A DNA stretch of 64,000 bases from Oikopleura dioica (GCA_907165135.1 OU015568.1:12958001-13022000), one strand, 5' to 3'; positions 13,471 to 25,564 are shown, counted from the stretch's first letter. Made by a program: numbers and translations. Notes: generated by a model not told the origin, from the sequence alone.

Positions 13471-14921
13471 ATGATGATGCCCGTACATTGCTGCCCGTGT
13501 TGTTCCTCGACGATAATTCAACATATGCAAACCTTCTTTCTATTTCTGTTCAAATTGTTGCTGCTTTAGAATGAGTGTTCCCCCAGGTGGAGATTTAACG
13601 GGCAAAGATGCCGTTTTCGTTCCAACGGGAGAACTTCCGATGGAAAACCCAGAGACTGTGACCGGATACGATTTTGACGAAGGCGTCGATTATGACAAGC
13701 TTTTTGAGTAAGAAATATGCTTGGAATTATTTGTGATCATTGTCTTAGTACAATGAGCCGAATGGGCTTTCAAGCAACCACCTTCGGAAACGGTATCAAA
13801 GAGATTCGTCGAATGATCGAGCGAAAACTCCGTCCATCCGAAGAAGATATTAAAAAGGCTGCTGAGCAAAACTCAGGTTGCGATACCAATTGCCGAATAT
13901 TTCTTGGATACACGTCTAACATGGGATCATGTGGTGTTCGAGAGGTAATTCGATTTTTGTGTAAGCACAAGATGGTCGACTGTATCGTTGCAACTGCTGG
14001 TGGCATCGAAGAGGATTTGATCAAGTGCCTTGCGCCGACCTACATTGGCCGATTTGATTATTCCGGGCGAGATTTGAGGTTAGGCTTTCAAGTTATATCG
14101 TTTTTAACTTCGATTTCAGAAAGCGAGGAATGAACAGAATTGGAAACTTGATCGTCCCGAATGACAACTACTGTAAATTTGAAGACTGGATCAATCCGAT
14201 TCTTGACGCTATGCTTGACGAACAGGAAAAAAACGGAACACGATGGACTCCCAGTAGAATGATCGAAAGACTTGGAAAGGAAATCAACAACGAATCAGTA
14301 TGAGATCAATCAATTTGTAAAAATTATCCATTAATGTGTGTTAGAGTATTTACTACTGGTGCTGGAAGAATAAGATCCCAGTTTATTCACCTGCTCTGAC
14401 TGATGGATCAATCGGAGATATGATATATTTTCATTCGTACGCAAAGCCGGGACTGATTCTTGATCTTGTCGGTAAGTTTGTTTCTCTTCGACGCTTCTTT
14501 ACTCTTTTACAGATGATATACGCGGCGTTAATAACTGTGCGAAGTTCGCGCTGAACACTGGTATGATTCTCCTTGGAGGAGGTGTCATAAAGCATCACAT
14601 TTGTAACGCGAATCTGATGAGAAACGGTGCCGACTATTCCGTTTTTGTTAACACCGGACAAGAATTTGATGGCTCGGATACTGGAGCTAAGCCGGATGAA
14701 GCTATTAGCTGGGGAAAAGTAAGTGGAATTTACAGGATAATACATGACCAAAAATTAAGATTAAAATGTCAGCTGAACCGGTGAAAATCAGCGGTGACTC
14801 GACGCTCATTTTCCCACTATTGGTCTCGCAAACCTTCGCCAAGTACAAGGATGAATTCATCAAATATAATGAAGCGCAAGCTGCAAGAGGTGACCAAGAA
14901 TGGTGGAAAATCCTCAAATGA
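13471..14921 (+). CDS. DHPS: Deoxyhypusine synthase
   Basis: [69 protein letters not shown]; start inferred from a 4-codon first exon. Confidence 0.95.
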
Positions 14922-15103
14922 AGCACCGATCCCATTTGAAGACGCTAGTACCAGATTTAGACCGTATTTTCTCAGTAATCAGCAAACCATCAAGCATATG
15001 TGAAGAAATCGCATGCTTTATTGGAATAGTTCATTTTAATTCGTCCTGAAAGAAGTTCAATTTAGGCTATTTGAAATTATCTCTCGCTAAATATCCTCTT
15101 TAG

Positions 15104-16250
15104 ATGATAAAAAGATCGCTTCAGCGTGAATGTAGACGAGCACTTGCAGCCAATGCGAATTTTATCAGAAGAGAGCTTGCTAGAATAGATATTTCTGGTA
15201 TATGGCCGCCGATTCCCACTCCGTTCAAACATTACGGGCGGTAAATTGGAATTTAAAAGAGCCAAGAACACGTTTCTAGCGGATACACAGACGCTGGTGT
15301 TGACTACGACTCGCTGCAGCAAAACTTGCAGAAGTGGAAAACAAAAGGATTCAAAGGAATAACCGTCCAAGGCTCAAATGGATCGTATCCTTATTTATCT
15401 CCGTCTGAAAGAATCGAGCTGGTTGAGAGGCTTAACGACATGTTGGCGGAAATAGCAAATGATCGCGACGATAAGATGCTTCTGATGGCTGGGGCTGGCG
15501 CGGAATCTACAGCAGAAACATTGAAAATAACGGAAGCAATGTGCCTAGCGGATGCCGATGTTCTGCTAGTAGTTACACCAAGTTTCTATAAAAATGCGAT
15601 GAAGACGAGTGTGCTAGTCAAGCATTTCAGCACGATAGCTGACTTTTCAGACAAACCGATCATCATCTACAATGTTCCAGCTAATACCGGTTTAGGTATG
15701 ATTCCAACCACTGAGTCAGGCGACATAACATCTTCTAGACATGCCAGTTGAGGCTATAGCCGATTTGTCCGACCATCCCAATATCTGTGGTGTAAAAGAT
15801 TCTGGAGGCGACATTGCTAAAATTGGTCACTTACTTTGGCTCACTGAGGGGAAACATTTCCAAGTGTTGGCGGGATCAGCCAGCTTTCTCCACCCAGCTG
15901 TTCAACTGGGAGCTTCTGGTGGGGTGTGCGCGCTTGCAAACGTAATTATCTATCATATTTCCCTTTTGAGATAACTATTAACTAAGGTTTTGGGTAGTGA
16001 AGTTGTCCGCCTGTACAATTTATCTATACAAGGCGATAACGAGCGCGCAGCTTTGTTACAGAAGCGTTTGATTCATCCTAACCAGATTGTTACGAAAATA
16101 TACGGTGTTCCTGGACTCAAGCATGTCATGGGAAATTTCGGATATGCAACAGGTCATTTACGCCCGCCACTCGCAAATATTGAGCTGCACGAGATGGAAA
16201 AAGCCATGCACGCATTTACGGCAGCAGGATTTCATGCTCCGCCTCAATAA
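15104..16250 (+). CDS. HOGA1: 4-hydroxy-2-oxoglutarate aldolase (DHDPS family, mitochondrial)
   Basis: [51 protein letters not shown]. Confidence 0.92.
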
Positions 16251-16418
16251 ATTCATTACGAAAAAAACTTGCTCTACAATCAAAGTTCAAAAAAAAAATT
16301 CGACCACTGTGTTAATTTAAATGATTCCACCCCTTCTTCACGAATTTCTGACGGTTTGCCCGAATAAAATGTGTGTAGCAAACATATTTCATCATCGTTT
16401 ATCTTTCCTTTCGCTAGA

Positions 16419-16951
16419 ATGACTTTCCGAGAGTATGCTCGGTATTTCTACCTCAAATATATGAAATTTCTGCAGCATCGAAATCGGGTTCGAATGGTCA
16501 AAACCGCAATCGGTGGTACTTTTTACACCCTTGGAGCGGGCGTCACGTGGTATCAAAGTATGAAGTTCATGGATGAAAGAAAGTCGCAACAGACGGGTAT
16601 TGATTCTTTTGCAGCTGCGGGAATTCTCGCACAGGTTTCTGGATTTGGAGAGAATAAGTTATCCAAGGGAAAATCTCTTGATGGTAAGGCAGTGAAATCA
16701 AGGAAGAGAACTAAACATTTTCAGATCTTGTTTCGGAGATGGAGCAAAAGTCGAGAAACTACCAGCATATCCCTGGTCCAAGGCCATGGGAAATGCAATC
16801 TTTAGAAGAAAAAGAAAAATATTTAAAGCGTGCCTATGCTCAAGTCGAGAAAAATCTAATAGATCAAAAAACGCGGGAAGACGAGGAAGAAGAACGAATT
16901 CAAAAAGAAATAGAAAATATACGAAAAAAATTAAAAGAACGCAACAAATAA
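16419..16951 (+). CDS. COX16: COX16-like cytochrome c oxidase assembly factor
   Basis: Single TM followed by the family-typical GPRPWE motif and charged tail. Confidence 0.6.
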
Positions 16952-17040
16952 AAACTCTAACTTATTTTCATCTTAATTTAACTGTCCATTACGAAGAATT
17001 TCGCTACTTCCATCTATTTACAAATCGACTTAATTTTCAG

Positions 17041-18004
17041 ATGAATGCGTTTGACGATCTCAGGAGCCAAATCTTTGCTTTGAACGGCGAGCTAGAGTCA
17101 CTAGAATATAATGCTGCGCGTGATAAGTTCTCCAAGATCCAGAAGTTTTTCGATGAGCATCTTTTGAGCGCCGAAGGTTTTGAGCAAAAGACATCAAATC
17201 GCGAACTGCATGATTTGCACAAGAAGATTGAGAAGAAAAAGCCAAAGACAAAACTGTCCCTTCTGAAGAAGAAAAAAGCACCTCAGGCGTCCCAATCATT
17301 AGATACAGTAAAAACGAGCCTAGAAAAGAAAAAAGAGCCAGAGACAAAGGTCGGCGAGCGATCGAGTCTACACTCGTTAAAAGGAGAGACAAAAGTTTAT
17401 GAATCATCGAGGAACGAAGATTTAGTATTTCAAGATTTTGAAGATTGCACTCTTTCCGTCAAAGGATCCGTTGGCTCGCTGAGAATAGAAAATATGAAAA
17501 ACTCGAAGATCTTCCTCGAAGATTCTGTTCTTGGTGCAGCCATGGTTAGGTAAAATACGCATAACCACTCTTTAGCTTTTGAAGTAAATATTTTTGTTTG
17601 ATATTGAAGATAAAATTTGTTTTAAGACGTTGCGAAAACTGCGAGTTTGAAATCGCAAGCCGGCAATTGCGAATTCAAAACTGCAAAAATACAGATTTCA
17701 AAATTGCTGTCTGCTCAAAGGTGGCTCTAGAAGAATCTGACACTCTTGGATTTGGCGTTCATCCTCGCCTCGCGCAGGTGTCAAAAGAGATGAAGGAAGA
17801 AAATATGGTCATTCTTGAGAATAGCCATTTAGGAATGGTCATGTTTCTGTTAAATACAAGCCCATTCTAGTTCGTTTGACAAATTTTTCTGCAAATATTT
17901 GCGGCTGTTCAATATTTTCAAAAATTTTGACCTTTTCGAAAGAAATCAACGATTTCGAATGGCCAGACACGCACACGCCCTCGCCCAACTGGAAAGAAAT
18001 TTGA
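17041..18004 (+). CDS. TBCC: Tubulin-specific chaperone C
   Basis: N-terminal helical region, C-CAP beta-helix (DCTLSV..CENCEFEIASRQLRIQNC), terminal INDFEWP..PSPNW. Confidence 0.85.
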
Positions 18005-18254
18005 AATTGAAATCAACCTCATTTTTATCAAACTTTCATTACATGTATCCTTTTTTCAAAGATTCCTCGCGTGCCTGTAAACAAATCAGAGCATTCTCAA
18101 GTGATAGTTATATAATCTTCAACACTACTGTTATTCCATGAATGCTTTTCATCAGTTTCAAAGTGTATTTTAATTTTTGTCAGATCTATCATCTACACGA
18201 GCTATTCTAGATAAAAGTTCGATTCAGTTCAAGTAAGTTTACAGATACTTAAAC

Positions 18255-18598
18255 ATGTCAGCACCCCAAAAGCGCCAGCAAGTCTTTCCTCCAGCTAAAG
18301 GTTCTTTTCCGATTGATCATTTTCAAGGAAAGGTCGAAAAACCTTCGATAAAATATTTTTGTTCACGAGTTAGTTCAACCTTGTAAGAATGCAACGAAAG
18401 CTATGATTCCTACATGAAATGTCTGAAAGACAATCTTAATCAGGCTTCAAAATGTCGAGAAGCAACTAAAGACTATCTTGAGTAAGCTTATCGTCTTTAT
18501 TTTTCGTTCAAGATGAGTTAAGATGTCGTATGAAAAATAACTTGATGCAACGGGAAAAACTGGAAAATCTGGGCCTTGCGAAAACGCCAAACACGTGA
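18255..18598 (+). CDS. COX19: Cytochrome c oxidase assembly protein COX19 (twin CX9C)
   Basis: PPAKGSFPIDHF, CNESYDSYMKC, CREATKDYLECRM. Confidence 0.92.
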
Positions 18599-18653
18599 CT
18601 TTGTATTTATGCATTTCATTTCATAATTTTACTTCAGAGCTGAGCGTTTATGA

Positions 18654-19740
18654 ATGTCGGATACAGTTCCTGGATTTGTTTGTGGCGTGGCCGGTGGATT
18701 TGGCGGTGCGGTCGGTGCAATACTTACAAACCCCCTTGAGGTACAGTAGCAGATTTATAAGCGTAAGATAAACAATCATTCAAGGTTGTTAAAACGCGAC
18801 TTCAATCGTCTGATCAATCAAAAAACACTGTAAAAACTCTTGATGGAAAACGAAGGTTAGCTCAATTTATCAAACATACCACTTATCCTATCCGATAGAG
18901 ATTTCCTGATCAAAAACCTACTCAAGATAACAAAAGACGAAGGCGTCAAAGCTCTGTATAAAGGACTTCCAGTGACGTTGATAGGGACCATTCCAGCTCG
19001 ATTCATCTATTTCGGTGCATATAACACGACTAAATCTTCTTTTGGAACAAATGAAAAACATGTACACATGCTCTCAGCCATGTCAGCTTCTGTTTCTCAA
19101 ATAATTGGTAGGCAATTGCTAAATCCTTTAATATTCATGTTTTTTAGGAACATCGCCTTTTTGGGTGGTACGAACAAAACAGCAGCTTCACAGATCACAA
19201 TCCCGCGCAGCATACACAGTCGCACAGTGTATACGCGACATCTACAAACAAAACGGACCTCTTGGATTCTGGCGTGGCTCCTCGGCCTCATTCTTCGGCA
19301 TGTCCGAAACTGTTTGCTTCTTTCTACTGTATGAATCATGCAAGAAGAAGTTCATTAATCATGGCGACGGCGCTGACTCTCATTTGACCTCGCTCGATGG
19401 GAGGAAAATCTTTAAATTATTCACATGCACGGCGATTTGTAAAATGATCGCTTCGAGCTTGTTTTATCCCCACGAAGTAGTGCGAACGAGATTGAGAGAA
19501 GAAACGAGTAAAACAAGATACAGGTGCGTTGAAATCAACGAAGAGAATGGCAGAAATTCCAAAAACTAATTTTTTTCTAGGGGATTTTTTCAAACGCTCG
19601 GGCAAGTGTATAAAGAGGAGGGTCTCTCCGGCTGGTACTCTGGCATGCGCGTTCATTTACTTCGACAAGTTCCTAATTCTGCAATTGTGTTGTGCGTCGT
19701 GGAAAGCACAATCTTCTTGTACAAAAAATATATTCTCTGA
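18654..19740 (+). CDS. SLC25A33/36: Mitochondrial pyrimidine-nucleotide carrier-like
   Basis: GAILTNPLEVVKTRLQS, GTIPARFIYF, YPHEVVRTRLRE, LRQVPNSAIV carrier repeats. Confidence 0.85.
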
Positions 19741-19947
19741 GCCGCGCCTTTTTCCTTCTTCCCTATCACGAATTATTTCCGGCGAGAACTCTTCAAAAAA
19801 CAATCGCGCGAAAGTCGCGCTTCAGTAATTAATGATTTCGCGAAAAGCTTCATCAATTACCATCCTTTCATTCAGACTTCTTTATCTGCAAAAACATGCC
19901 TTATCAAAATTCAAATTCAATAAACTTTTTCTGTTCAGAAAAAAGAA

Positions 19948-20527
19948 ATGACTACCTCGAGTTTGTCCAGAGATTTTCGTAAGATAAACATCGAGCAGTA
20001 CGAGGAAGACTTTTACGAGGACGAAATTGTTGATAATGGAGCAAGAGGGCCGGATATGAATCAAGTTCAGTCATTTATTAGTGCCGGAAAACCACAGGTT
20101 ATCATAATATAGTGAGTTCAATTCTATTATTTTCCAGGATGCACTCAAGGTTGCTCTTCAAAATGCACCAACTTGCGTTAATAATCCACAGACGAAAAAA
20201 ACTGCTGCTGAGGTAGATAGTATGATCAAAAGTAGGGTTATATTAGAAATGTTTAGATCGTTGTAAGAGCCTTGACGAGCCACAAAAACTCTCAAATTCA
20301 ACCATCAGTGGATAGTTTGACTCCGGACGAGCTGGATATCCTTATGAAGTACATTTACAAAGCATTTTCGCTGAATCAAGACTCGAACACCTGCGCTAGG
20401 TAATTCTCCGATCTAGCCCAAAAATGCAAATAAAGCTTCTAGCCTCCTTCAATGGCATGACAAAGTTCACACGAAAGCCGGCTCAGGAGCGATCGTCCGT
20501 GTTCTTGCTGATCGAGAACGGCTTTAA
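19948..20527 (+). CDS. ARPC5: Arp2/3 complex subunit 5
   Basis: DFRKINIEQYEED, DALKVALQNAP, DILMKYIYKAF, LLQWHDKV..GSGAIVRVL. Confidence 0.92.
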
Positions 20528-20868
20528 AGTTTAAACTTCTACATGTAACCTGTTACATTCTCCATTCTGCCCTTCACTCAAATTCCAACACTAAAAGTGG
20601 CCGGGCTATCAATTCGGAGATCCCCTTCCTTACCGCACGAGTTCCCTAATCACAAGCTACAAAACTCCTTTTACTGCAATGAACAACTCACCGCAAAAAT
20701 TCCAGAAAACCCCTTTCTTTCAAAAAAAAAATAACAAGAAAAGTTACAAGAAATGAACTAATCAGCTTTCAAAATTCTGTCTTCAACGTTATGCTTTTAC
20801 ATTATCAGAACAAAAAATATGTCTTCTCGTTTTTTAATTTTTCTTTCTAAGACAATTGAATGATTTGA

Positions 20869-21569
20869 ATGGCTTCGTATCCATCCGTCGTCGATAGGTA
20901 TTATCAACGATACACTTGGAATACAGAAAAGAAGTTTTCGGTAACACCCCAAGCTTTTCCCATTTCGACTCGATTCTAGGGACATTCAGGGCCAGCTAGA
21001 GTTCTTCGTCACTCAAATCGAATTCTTGTGAGTTGTCTTCATCCCGAACATCCCGTCCGCAAGCAAACAATTAAAAAGATCACCTTTCAAATTTCTGAAA
21101 AGTGCGATCGAGGGAATAACAAAGTTTCTGGAAAAAGAAAGAAGGGTGGACAGGTATTCTTTAAAATTTCAATTTGAAAATTGACCATTACTATTCTAGT
21201 GGCTAAACGAGAACGCCCCTATCTTGCGAATCGAGACAGAAGAGAGTGAAGATCCGATTTTGATTCAGAGTGGCTGCAGAGGAACTTTAGTCGAAGTCAA
21301 TTCTCAAATTATAGGAAAGGTCAAGAGCACGTCATTCTGAATGACTCATTCATCATATTTTTCTGGAAAGCTTTTATCCTAATAAAGATAATCCGAAACT
21401 TCTTTTGAACGAGTCGGAAGGCAAAGGTTACATCGCCGTTGTTTTGCCACGTGGGGAGGAACTTGGAGCAGCGTTCGGGGAGGAGTACACATTAGACAAA
21501 GACCGCGTCGAAGCTGAGAAACTATCTGACGAGGATGCAGGAGCTTGCCCGATCGCTAGCGCATGCTAG
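20869..21569 (+). CDS. ABITRAM: Actin-binding transcription modulator (FAM206A/Simiate)
   Basis: PSVVDRYY, HSNRILV, NKVSGKRKKGGQWL, GCRGTLVEVN, EGKGYIAVVLP. Confidence 0.85.
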
Positions 21570-22609
21570 AGGCGAGCTCAAACGGCTACGGGCTGATATG
21601 ACGAAGTTCAAGGCCCAAGAGCGACATCGAATGAAAGTAGTAGAAGACATCGTCAATAGCAAACAAATTTCTATCGCCCAAGTTGAACAAATCAAATCTG
21701 GCAATTTCGAACCGCTGGCTAAGAAGAGTAAAATTCTTCCTCCCGAAACCGACGTTGACAGAAAGTTGAAGCTCTCTCAGACGATTGCGTCTCCCATCGG
21801 TCATGTTTTATCCTCTTTTCTGACAAAATCTGGCACTCCTCATCAACCGGGGCAGCTGGAAACATCTTCTATAATCAAACTATCGCAGGGATCAACGGGA
21901 AAATCAATCAAACAGCGTTGGATGCCCAAGGACGCTCTAGAAGGATTGGAGGACTATTCCCATTGTTGGATTATCTTTCACTTCCATCTCAATGATCCCG
22001 AATCGAATGGAAAAAAGTCGAAAGTGGCTCCACCACGAGGAGGAGGGACGAAAGTGGGAATTTTTGCATCTCGCGCTCCATATCGACCTAGTCCAATTGG
22101 CCTCTCTCTCGTTGAAATAGACAGAATTGACCATGATAAAGGAGAATTGGTGGTCAAAAACTGCGATCTTGTTCATGAAACTCCAGTCCTAGATATCAAG
22201 CCATACATACCTGACTACGACAAGCCTGGCGAAGACAAGGATGTAAAAGTGGCGAAGTGGCTAGAAGAGAAGAATGCGAAAGAATCTGAAATCGCAGGAA
22301 TAGGATTTACGGGAAGAGCTGACCAACAAATGCAGGAGCTGTTTTCGGTTTCAGAATACGACTCTGCTGAAGCACTAAAAAGTGCTCTTACGGTAAATCT
22401 CAGAATTTGAAAGAACTCTCTAGATAAAAATTTTAGAAAATGCTAATGAACGACCCGCGTTCAATCTACCGAAAGACACAGCTTGAGAAAGGCGAGAAAA
22501 ATCGCCTATTCTTTTGAACTTTTCGAATTTGACTGTTACTGTTTGGTTTGACGGCGATTACGCTGAAGTTCTCAAAGTCGAGCCATATTATGAGCATAAG
22601 AACGATTGA
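21535..22609 (+). CDS. TRMO: tRNA m6t6A37 methyltransferase (TsaA/YaeB family)
   Basis: GTPHQP, LEGLEDYSHCWIIFHFH, KVAPPR..GIFASRAPYRPSPIGLSLV, TPVLDIKPYIP; N-terminal coiled coil. Confidence 0.92.
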
Positions 22610-22677
22610 GAGAGAAAGAGCTAGAAATAGGCTATTTATTTTCTCTGATCGAATTGCGTTCAGATGAAACTTAGAGA

Positions 22678-24334
22678 ATGACGTATCACGAAGAAGACTC
22701 GAGATCGAGTGGAGGCTCCGGTGGAGGTAATTGAAAGTGAAACCGGCATCTTACAAACTCTATTTAGCGCCTGGAAAATGCCTAATTATTGGAGACTCCA
22801 TGCTTCAAAAAGTGAATCCTGATGGTTGGGAGCACGGAGCTTACTACTTTGCATATGCCGGGATCAAAGTCAAACAGTTGATGCAGCAAATAAAAGTATA
22901 AACGAAACTGGTTTTGATAGTTTGTTACTTTTTTGTAGACCGAAGTCCTGCCGCCACCTACAGATATCAGTGTAGTATTTCTACATGTTGGAACAAATAA
23001 TGTTTCGACAAGAGCAGATTTGAAAGAGCGAGAAGATGTTTTGGAGCCGCCAGAAATTGCCGAGGATATCATGAATGTAGTTGATACTCTTCGCAAACAC
23101 TATGAATACGCGCACATTATAGTCAGGTTCGACGCCGTGTCCTTAGATAAAATCCCTATGATGCGTTTAGTGCAATATTACCAAGACTTGATCCATGGAA
23201 ACTTGGCGATCTCGAGCGCGTGAGCAGCATCAACAGCGACTTGAAAAGATCTGTTCACGATACTTACCTGAAAAACATCAAATTTGTCGACTTCTCAGAT
23301 CAATTTCTTTCCAACTGGAAGATCCGAAAAGAGTGCTATCGTTTCTTTTATGAAAGGCAGTTAGATGAGCCCGACTTATGTCATCTTTCTGATGAAGGAA
23401 ATGTCCGATTCAATGGTAAATTGAACTATTTCCTTCTTTCCTTCATTATTTCTCAGAATGCTTAAAAACATGTCTCGCGGGTGCGATGCATGAAGCGCGC
23501 TCACAGTGGCCCAGAGATGCAAAACTACTGGGTAAAAGAGAATGGGACGAATTCCGCCGCCGTACATTCAGAAGCCGAGATAATCCACGCTTCAAATATA
23601 CGAACTACGAGCCTAGTCAAAAATCATATGATCGGTTTATCAAGTCGAATCCTCGAGCAGCGGAAACCAACGGAGATCCCAATCCTAAGAAAAGCGGAGG
23701 AGGATTTAACATTTCTGAACTACTGGTAAATTTGATTCTCAAGTGAGTTTATTCAAGCTATATATTTTAGCTATTGAAAGCTAAGGGTCGAAAAGATGCG
23801 GAAGAGCGGGCGCAGGCCGCTGGCCAAGGAGGCCGTGATGAGAGACGACAGAACTCCCACGATGGTGATCAGCGAAATCCTTCAAGGAATCGTGACCGTA
23901 GTCGAAGTCCTCGTCGTAGCCCAAAGCGTAGAAGGGATTCGCGAGAGCGCGACTCACGAAGCTCTCGACGTCGCTCCCCTAGCTTTGATCGAGATGGTCA
24001 ATTCGATCGACGGCCAGATTCGCGTAGCCGAGATCGTTCATCGGACGTAGATTATAGAGCTAGGAGGCCTGACTGGTCAGATAGTGGGAGTCAAGGAAGA
24101 GAACGTGACTCTCGAAGTAGATATGACTCGTACACTGATACGGATTTTCGAAAACCTTCTCAGCGGGGAGATCGGCGAGGACATGATTCACGCGATCGAA
24201 GAGATGACCGGGATGATCGCCGGGAATCCTCGCGGGACAGACGTCGAGACTCTTACGACTCCTACGGTCGAGGCCGCTCGCCACAATCTCGAGATTTCCG
24301 AGAGCCGGATTGGAGCGAAAGAAGACGTCGCTAG
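22678..24334 (+). CDS. SGNH/GDSL hydrolase domain fused to a long Arg/Ser/Asp (RS/RD) low-complexity tail
   Basis: Six exons joined by five GT-AG introns: LIIGDSML (block I), YAGIKV (II), LHVGTNN (III), IIVSAILPR, DLCHL (V), then ~190 aa RS/RD region. Confidence 0.8.
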
Positions 24335-24516
24335 CCCTACTGTTCATCACAAAATGTTAGAATTCAATAATAGAACCTCCTCCTTTTGGTCATTTCGTAC
24401 CCCTGTTGAGTCGGTGCGAAATGGAGTTTTTGAAACTGCCAGCCCGATTAGAATTAGATCGACCCATCTCAAATGTTCTATTAACAACTCCTTCTAATTA
24501 TTAAATAACTTTTAGA

Positions 24517-24935
24517 ATGAACTTCGAAATTCGACGGCTACCGCTTTTCTGGATGAGAGGAAACGAAGTGGAACCCTCGTTTCAAATTGGAATCTTAAAA
24601 ATTAATACACTGGTTCCATGGAGACGATCTCTATCCGAATCTTTTATGAATTCATTCTAAAAGTTATCCCTTTCGCTCCTCTCGCCGGCTCTCCTGTCTT
24701 AAAGCTCCAAGAAATGCTTTTGACCCCTCGAAAAGACGAACGAAAGATCGAGCGCGAACTACAAACCAACTATCCTCATGCAATAATCGAAACGATAGAT
24801 CTCCACCGTGGCGATGCCTACGAAACTGTCGCCGAGTTCCCGAGCTTTGGCGTCTCAGCCATTGCTCGAAGTGCTGCCCAGTCGAAGCTTAATTTGAAAC
24901 AAAAACTAGAAAAAATATTTACTCCCGAAAACTGA
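24517..24935 (+). CDS. Small unknown alpha/beta protein (dsRBD- or BolA-like by eye); start could be 24618
   Basis: Open frame KIERELQTNYPHAIIETIDL..AYETVAEF..AAQSKLNLKQKLEKI; ATG after TTTAGA. Confidence 0.3.
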
Positions 24936-25133
24936 TTAAAATCCTTCATCCTGCCGCTCGTTTATTAGAAATAAACTTTATCATTCAAAGTGAATACGAA
25001 ATGTTTTGAATCTAATGTTACTTCCGAAAATCATTCGAAATAATTCTTCGAAAATTTATTGAAAAAAAAATATGATGAGGAACAGAACTGTGTGACGATT
25101 TTTGTGATAATTCATTTTTCAAGGTCTTTCATC

Positions 25134-25564
25134 TCATTTCAAGTCAGCTTGAATCGCCTGTCTTAGTTCTTCGTCGGTAATCGCATCAGTTGCAAGTTCG
25201 TCAGTAAATGTGGCCTCTTGGTTGATAAAAATATTGATGGGTCTTGTATTTCCTGATAGAACTCTGATTATATACCACCATCGTCGCCAGTGATCAGCTT
25301 GCGTGTCAAGGTAGAAAATCGCAAAGGTAGCATCAACTTCTCGTAATCGTTCAATCGATCGCCTTATTTCTGGTAATGGTGCATTTTCTCATAAAAATTT
25401 TACCTGGCAAGTGGACAAAAGGAGAAACCAACCACTGAAAGTTGATATCTTTGCAAAACTGCAGCTCTGAAGTTATTGACATCCGCTTGCCCATCGATCT
25501 CCACAAGAAACTCAGCTGCTCGAGAAAACGAAAAAGAAAGTAAAAGCAATTTCAAAAACTTCAT
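25134..25564 (-). CDS. Glutaredoxin-like protein with signal peptide, monothiol CPLA motif
   Basis: MKFLKLLLLSFSFSRA signal; SVVGFSFCPLARRSIERL..FAIFYLD..LSGNTRPINIFIN follows the Grx pattern; one GT-AG intron. Confidence 0.55.

Larger units (their letters stand above)
7958..24935 (+). other. Operon-like run of 14 co-oriented genes with trans-splice-type acceptors before start codons
   Basis: Intergenic gaps from overlap to ~340 nt; TTTAG|ATG at 15099-15106, TTTTCAG|ATG at 17034-17043, TTTAGA-ATG at 24511-24519, CAGA-ATG at 11611-11617. Confidence 0.7.

Noticed and set aside
13471-13570. ATGATGA as box C of a snoRNA
   Set aside because: No box D CTGA at a suitable distance; explained as the DHPS first exon
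24060-24497. Overlapping alternative-frame and antisense ORFs in the RS region (similar cases at 26259-26767, 33922-34506, 46008-46256)
   Set aside because: Expected stop-poor shadows of low-complexity coding sequence
24517-25564. BolA-glutaredoxin partner gene pair
   Set aside because: The BolA call is weak (dsRBD fits as well), and the Grx is secreted and lacks the CGFS motif needed for BolA complexes
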